Shown one piece after another: positions 58,278 through 64,000 of a stretch of 64,000 nucleotides of DNA. Source of the DNA: Schizosaccharomyces osmophilus. Its lineage: Eukaryota. The position numbers and the translations under genes were made by a program. The notes beneath the pieces were generated by a model. That model was not told the DNA's origin, did no database searches, and was given only the letters and a program-made list of their open reading frames with translations. Numbering within the stretch: the stretch's first letter is position 1; every line of letters begins with the position of its first letter. The stretch spans positions 1,984,001 to 2,048,000 of the forward strand of contig NC_079239.1 in NCBI RefSeq assembly GCF_027921745.1, written 5' to 3'.

Positions 58278-59273
58278 TTATCTGCGTTTCAAGGACTTTC
58301 TACGCTTACGATAAGCGTCACCCATCCGACTTTGACCGGATCCCGATGCGCCTTCAGAGGCGTCTGATGCGCCACGCTTGTTTGCACGAGAAGAAAGGTC
58401 CAATTTACGAGAGGCAAAAGCATCACTGTTAAAGCTGCGATCCAATAAAGACCAATCTTCACCACCAAAACCGGGTTTCTTTGGTTTCTTGACATTTTTG
58501 AGTTCTTTCTTGGACAATTTTGGAAGACGAGTGTAATTGCTTTCTTCATAATCCGCACGCTCGCGCATCTTCTCCAATTCTCTTTCATCTGCATGAATAA
58601 CTCGACCACCTCGTTCCAAGTTAGAGCCAACACTTGGCATACTCTGAGGTAAAGATGACAAATCAGATGAAACAAATTCATCAACAAGTTGATTAGGTCT
58701 ACGTCTAGTCTTTTTCTCATCGTCCATTGTAACGGCACGAATCCTTGGGGGTCGATAAACACCATCCTTCTTGGACTCATCCTCGTCGTCCTCAGATGTA
58801 ACTTCTTCTGAGGCAGCATCTTTTTTATTACTCTTCTTGTCTGTTCCTTTAGCGGCAGGTGCCTCTTCTTCGTCACTCTCAAGTCCAACAAGATTTGGCT
58901 TATAATGAAGCTTAAGGCTATCGGTGTCTTCTTGATTGATGCCACCATCCAATCCAGAAGTGCTTAAAGATTCCAATTCTTCCTTACGTTCAGCAGCACG
59001 CAAGAGTTTATCTAGCGAATACTGGATGCGATTTTCCAAAGGTCGGACCTTTTCAATTTCCAGTCGCAAACGAACGAGCTTCTCTACGACATTCTGGAAT
59101 TCCAAGTAACTTTTCCCTTCTAGTTTTACTAAAATTAAGAATGCAAGCTTTTGAACATAGGAAAGGAGTAACTGGGTTTTCAAAGATACCAACGAAACGC
59201 CCTCAGATGTAGGGTTGATGTTCTTTGGTAGACTGTCCAGCGCAGAGACCAGACTTCTGTTTATAACATCCAT
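58278..59273 (-). CDS. lcp5: U3 snoRNP/SSU processome protein Lcp5 (neuroguidin), 331 aa
   Basis: Sas10/Utp3 domain (GVSLVSLKTQLLLSY..EKVRPLENRIQYSLDKL), YRPPRI, YEESNYTRL and a basic tail. Confidence 0.9.
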   Translation of the reverse strand: MDVINRSLVSALDSLPKNINPTSEGVSLVSLKTQLLLSYVQKLAFLILVKLEGKSYLEFQNVVEKLVRLRLEIEKVRPLENRIQYSLDKLLRAAERKEELESLSTSGLDGGINQEDTDSLKLHYKPNLVGLESDEEEAPAAKGTDKKSNKKDAASEEVTSEDDEDESKKDGVYRPPRIRAVTMDDEKKTRRRPNQLVDEFVSSDLSSLPQSMPSVGSNLERGGRVIHADERELEKMRERADYEESNYTRLPKLSKKELKNVKKPKKPGFGGEDWSLLDRSFNSDAFASRKLDLSSRANKRGASDASEGASGSGQSRMGDAYRKRRKSLKRR

Positions 59274-59569
59274 TTAAAGCAATTCTTTAGGAATGGACGC
59301 CTTCTTTTCTGGCTCTTTCTGAGAATTGGAAAGAATAGGCAAAATGAGAGTTCGTGTGTGTCCAAATTTTGTATCCAATCCCCTAAATAAGGAAGTGGTC
59401 CTTCTTCACAAAACTAATTTAAGGACCTACAACGTATGTTTATATTTTGTAAATCTTTTATTAAAAGTTGAGTTTATAAAAAGGTAGATGAGAAGCAAGG
59501 CATAATTGTTTAATTTAGTTCATATTCTTTAAACAATTATTCGACTGACATTTTTCATTACGAGAAGAA

Positions 59570-60880
59570 CTATGCTGGTGGTAAAAAAGAACCATACAAA
59601 CCTGCTTGTATGAGAGTATAAAGAACCCATGAGAAGAGAATAATTTCTGTAAATTTTCTGACATGCAAGGATGAACTTTGTGACCAAGCATGAGCCAAAG
59701 ACCAGTATAAGAGGGGAAAAGAGGAAGAAAGTCGGTTTAGTACTTGGGTGTGCATTTGAAAGATTCCTAGGTATAGATAGAAAAGGCTGAGCATAAAAAG
59801 ATACCGTATAGTTACATCCTTCCTTATGGATGTAATCGAGTACCATAAAGAAAAGACAAGGGGGATAAACGTGATACAAGCTAGAAAGAAATTGGGTATG
59901 TTGTTCGATGTCCAGTAATTGAGAAAACCAATATTCCAATACTTCTTTTGAACCGCAGGGTATATGAATGGTAGATACGACAGACACCAGGAAGCACGAG
60001 GACAAAATACCTTGTAGGCTTGAAACTGGCCGTACAAGAAAGGAACAGCGATTCCGATACATCTGCAACCGTTTAAGAAGGCAGTCCTGAGAAATTTAGA
60101 AACTCCAACTTTCTGTCTCACAAAAGAAAAAAAGGTGTCTGTTGTAGGAATAACAAATAGTAATGACCAGAAGAGACCATTGCTTCGGAAAAGTGTAGAA
60201 ATAGACCAAAACATCATAGCCAACGTCTGTCGTTTTTGTACATAGCACAAGAGTCCGAGAAAACTGCATGCGGAAAACGCCGATTCTGTGTAACCAACTG
60301 ACATAAATATTCCAGCGGGCGAGAACAAGTAGAAAATGACGGAGAGTACTGAGATTCGTTTATCGAAGAACACAACATTAGTAGTACAGTAAAAAGCCAC
60401 GGCCGCAATAGCATGTAAGACGATAGCTAAACAACACGCACCTAATCCTAGCACAACAACATCCTTTGATTCAAAGCAAATAAATCTTATAAGAGCACCC
60501 CAAACGTCCGAAAATGCCCACTCTTGTTCGAATAATCGATTTTGTAATGACATGTCCACAAAGTAAATTGCGTCCCAGCGGATCCAAGCCTTAAAAAATC
60601 CTATAAGCAGAGAATTTCTAATTTGGGAATCATGCTGGCTCAAATAAAGACCTGCTGTGTGATCAAAAACTGACAAACTAGAAGTTATGAAAGCAATCCC
60701 TAGATAAGAAAATGTGCTCAGGACAAACAATAGAACGCAAGTTTTCCTTGAATTTATGGAAAAGATACTATGATTTTTCTTGTTTGAGAATTTCCTCGAC
60801 CTTGCGCATTCGCCTTTGTTCTCGGAGTTTTTCAAGTTCGTCGTGGATTTCCTCTCTTTCAGTGGGAATTGATCGGTCAT
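59570..60880 (-). CDS. gpi18: GPI mannosyltransferase II (PIG-V), 436 aa
   Basis: RWDAIYF, EQEWAF, SPAGIFMSVGYTES, RSNG, QKKYWNIGFLNYWT.NNIPNF and MHTQVLNRLSS, with multiple transmembrane segments. Confidence 0.92.
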   Translation of the reverse strand: MTDQFPLKERKSTTNLKNSENKGECARSRKFSNKKNHSIFSINSRKTCVLLFVLSTFSYLGIAFITSSLSVFDHTAGLYLSQHDSQIRNSLLIGFFKAWIRWDAIYFVDMSLQNRLFEQEWAFSDVWGALIRFICFESKDVVVLGLGACCLAIVLHAIAAVAFYCTTNVVFFDKRISVLSVIFYLFSPAGIFMSVGYTESAFSACSFLGLLCYVQKRQTLAMMFWSISTLFRSNGLFWSLLFVIPTTDTFFSFVRQKVGVSKFLRTAFLNGCRCIGIAVPFLYGQFQAYKVFCPRASWCLSYLPFIYPAVQKKYWNIGFLNYWTSNNIPNFFLACITFIPLVFSLWYSITSIRKDVTIRYLFMLSLFYLYLGIFQMHTQVLNRLSSSFPLLYWSLAHAWSQSSSLHVRKFTEIILFSWVLYTLIQAGLYGSFLPPA

Positions 60881-61778
60881 CGTTTTTCCAGAAGTTTGCC
60901 TACGATGATTAGTTACTTGTTTATGCGAAACATTTCATACACGCTCGATGTTTTTTTCGTAATAGCTAGGGTGTCCGATATAGTACATTGCCCCCAATGG
61001 AAGCGCACAATATAAAGTAAACTAGTTAAATAATAATTAATACACCGAATACAATAACAAGATCGCACTTACCTTGACTAGTTCGAGGTTTACACGAACC
61101 ATGGAAGTAAAGGTACAATAGTAAAGTTGAGTACCGTTATGCAGAAATACGACCACGGAAACAACAAACAAATAGTCTCCAAAACCTAGTTTATTCTTTA
61201 AAACATAAGATGATTATGATTAAATAGGATTATCTGACTAGCTAAGCATAGATTCAGTTAGGCATACTCAACTTTGCTAATTTACTGTTGCTCTCTAAGA
61301 ATAAATCTTTAAAAACTACATAAGCCAGATTTCTAAACACCGTGAAGCAATCAAGTTGAGTGTATTCCCTAGGCCGATGAATCTTATATCCTTGCTTGAA
61401 AGCTAAAGTAGAAGGAACGTATATTCCGATCAGCAAATTTAATCCTCAATACACTTATGAGTTTGTATACATGATTCGACATCCAGCCGTTAAGTGAGGT
61501 TTGGCTCAGCTCATAAAGTATTATTTGTAATTGATGAGCATTATTCATACCAATTCTAACGAATTACAATCGCCAAATAATATAAAAAGAATAAATCTAA
61601 GCACCTTTGGCTAAAGTTTGGAACCTTGACGTTAAAAAATATTGGTATCAACGAAAGTAAAAGGATATGTAAGTATACCAATAATGAATCAGTAAAATTC
61701 GACTGTAAATAAAAAATCGTTTCTACATTGAAAACGATAATCGGCATAAACATTAATTCCATGTTTGTCTTCGTTGAT

Positions 61779-62540
61779 TTAGACCAAACCATCGTACAAG
61801 GAAAGAGCAGAGACAATGGTTGGATCTTTCTTTGAACCTTCACGAAATTCTTCCAAGTTTAGCTGACCATCTTTGTTCTTGTCCATCATGCTAAAAATCT
61901 TATTCACGCGCTAAATAAATGGTCAGTCTTCGATCGTTTGCTTTTGTAGTAGATGCTTACCTTCTCAGGAGTATCTTCGTCTTCAGGAAGCTTCACCATG
62001 CTGCCAACCATCTTATAAATAGCGTCAACGATCTGAAGCATTTCATTATATGAAATCAACCCATTGTTATCCAGGTCATATAATTGGAATGCCCATACCA
62101 ACTTGTCGTCAAGAGTACCTCTAGATGTGACGCTTAAAGCGCAGATAAATTCCTTAAAATCAATCGTTCCATTCTTGTCTGTATCAAAGACATTAAAGAC
62201 GTATTCTGCAAATGCCGAGGGGTCGCCAAAAGGAAAAAACTGCTTATAAATTTTCTGAAATTCTTCTTTATTCAGATTACCAGAAGGACAGTCTTTAAAG
62301 AATCCTTAAGCAAGGGTTAGCGTCTTGTCTGGAAAAGCAAAAGCGCGTTCAAGCAGACATTGCCGAGATTGAACTCGTCTGCAGAAGCATACCTTTATAC
62401 CATTGCTGTAGCTCCTTTTTATCAACTACAAATAGTTAAACTTCTGAACTTTGAAAGTCATAAAGTTCCTACGTACACCTTGTAGAGCGAACCAATTCTT
62501 GAAGTTGATCCTGTGACAACTTGGACTGAGATTTTCCCAT
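61779..62540 (-). CDS. ncs1: Neuronal calcium sensor/frequenin. Exons 62540-62477, 62425-62393, 62304-61961, 61910-61779; 190 aa
   Basis: Myristoylation-type N-terminus [22 protein letters not shown] hands ([32 protein letters not shown]) and the ending SLYDGLV. 573 nt in frame. Confidence 0.96.
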
Positions 62541-63341
62541 AATTTTTTAATTATTGGATAACGAAGATGTTTATTTAATTGAGAAAAAAAACAGTAAACC
62601 AAAGGAAAGTTGAATTAAAAACAGCCACAAATACCAGAGGCGCAGACTCAACCATCGGTTTGGTAAAATCATATTGTATGACAAAGGAATAGAGTAATAT
62701 TACTATACCAAGAAGTGTAAATATTTGTAAACAGAGGAAGTGTGAACTGGCATGAATTATTAAAAAAGATTGTAAACTAAATTAATCAAATGGAAGGTTT
62801 TTAATCAATTTTTGACAAGATTGATGTCTTTCTCTACGAACTGGGCAACGTAAAGACGAGGTTTCCAGTTTCATAATTGAACTCACGCATTGCCATCCAA
62901 CCGTCGATTTTCCTTTCAATGGCTCATTTTGAAAAGCATTTTTCAGACAGTTTCTTTCAACCTTAGAATGGCCGTAGAACTCCATCGCTGCTTCCGCAAA
63001 CAACTCGACTAGAGTCCCTTCCTAGAAAATCATCATTTTTAAAGAAAAAAAAGGTAATAATCAGCCTGAAAATTAAAAAAATTAAAACTAAAAAAGGCTC
63101 TAATTCCTATATACAATGAACAAGAAGTATTTTTACTATCGAAATCTAAATACGATATTTTATTAAGACATTATATTAAAGAGAATATGAGTGAGTAGGA
63201 TACCCAAACTTTCGTCCATAACCGGACTGATTTCCTTGGGTCTTTTAAACTTGATTGAATCCTTTTTCTATTTTAAACGTGATTTCTGACAGAATCTGTT
63301 TTTACCGAGTAAAATGCCCTCGTTCATGAAGATTTCCTCCT

Positions 63342-64000
63342 ATGCAGCAGTTGACCTCCACCACCATTCGGGGAATCAGAATTTTCAGTTCTTTACGGCA
63401 AAAAGGAATGTACAAGCGTCCAAAGAGGGATTGCTTGGAGAATTGTGAATACGTCTATCATGGCGATGGTTTAAGACGCGTTCCACCCTATCATTACGAA
63501 TACATAACTTTTGCAAAACTTCGCTGGTATGGAAAAACGCTTTTGGAAGTGTTCAGCACGGAGTTCCGAGACCGTGAGCCAGGATATTACGAAAAGGCCA
63601 TCCGTGGTGGTCAAGTGAGTGTCAATCATAAAGTTGGAAATGTGGATACTATCATCAACAATGGTTATATAGTCTCACATCACGCTCACCGTCATGAACC
63701 TCCTGTTTCTGATCAGCCGGTTGTTATTGTCCATGAAGATGAAAAGTTTGTTGTAGTAGATAAGCCTGCAGGAATCCCAGTCCATCCCACAGGACGTTAC
63801 AACCACAATACTGTTCTTCACATTCTGATGAAGGAAAACAAATGTCCTTTTCTATATCCTTGCAACCGGCTTGACCGTTTGACGTCTGGGCTGATGTTTT
63901 TTTCAAAAACTTCAAAGGCTGCCGAAGAGATGCGCGTTTATATGATTAGTAAGGCTTTGAACAAAGAGTACGTCGCCAGAGTGGTTGGGGAATTCCCTGC
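63342..64000 (+). CDS. RluA-family tRNA pseudouridine synthase (Rib2/Pus9-like), 3' end beyond the window
   Basis: The frame is open from ATG 63342 (second ATG at 63408) to the window end. It encodes [35 protein letters not shown], the catalytic NRLDRLTSG and KEYVARV. Confidence 0.92.
   Translation, partial: MQQLTSTTIRGIRIFSSLRQKGMYKRPKRDCLENCEYVYHGDGLRRVPPYHYEYITFAKLRWYGKTLLEVFSTEFRDREPGYYEKAIRGGQVSVNHKVGNVDTIINNGYIVSHHAHRHEPPVSDQPVVIVHEDEKFVVVDKPAGIPVHPTGRYNHNTVLHILMKENKCPFLYPCNRLDRLTSGLMFFSKTSKAAEEMRVYMISKALNKEYVARVVGEFP

Noticed and set aside
58289..58948. 219-aa alternative-frame ORF overlapping lcp5
   Set aside because: It lies wholly within a well-supported CDS, has no recognisable motif and is explained by codon bias.
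59529..60068. 179-aa alternative-frame ORF overlapping gpi18
   Set aside because: It is a by-product of T-rich membrane-protein codons and has no homology I can recognise.
14320..62307. Frequent AAG 3' splice sites (tra2, trk2, Asterix, rhp6, ncs1)
   Set aside because: AAG acceptors are a normal minority class in fission yeast.
1..64000. tRNA, 5S rRNA, LTR/Tf retrotransposon, wtf-like genes and CRISPR arrays
   Set aside because: I saw none by eye. tRNAscan-SE, Infernal and RepeatMasker would be needed to exclude them formally.

Overview
This is gene-dense, AT-rich eukaryotic DNA with short GT-AG introns and CTRAC-type branch points. It is almost certainly a Schizosaccharomyces (fission yeast) genome. 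The proteins resemble, but do not match, the S. pombe sequences I recall, so an octosporus/cryophilus/osmophilus-type species is likely (inference). I support 22 protein-coding genes: fal1, tra2, trk2, elo1, mod21, ndk1, shk2, yam8/ehs1, hem14, lsh1, mso1, cdc12, a Tda3-like FAD oxidoreductase, pdi1, a Tsc2 paralog, tup11, an Asterix/PAT-complex homolog, rhp6, lcp5, gpi18, ncs1 and a RluA-family pseudouridine synthase cut off at the window end. Several were rebuilt by hand from splice signals because the ORF track misses or fragments them. I found no rRNA, tRNA, transposon or CRISPR array. The most interesting signals are: (1) a tuberin-like protein that keeps the dimerisation-region motif but lacks the catalytic 'asparagine thumb' helix, a candidate pseudo-GAP partner of Tsc2; (2) a 3-nt microexon needed to build the conserved Trk pore-region motif; (3) a 732-nt intron in the elongase gene that contains coding-like segments; (4) two in-frame ATGs that could give mitochondrial and cytosolic pseudouridine synthase isoforms; (5) a structured 290-nt intron with H/ACA-like layout; (6) an apparent six-gene inversion and two missing genes relative to the S. 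pombe gene order as I recall it. S. pombe systematic names and synteny come from memory and need database confirmation.
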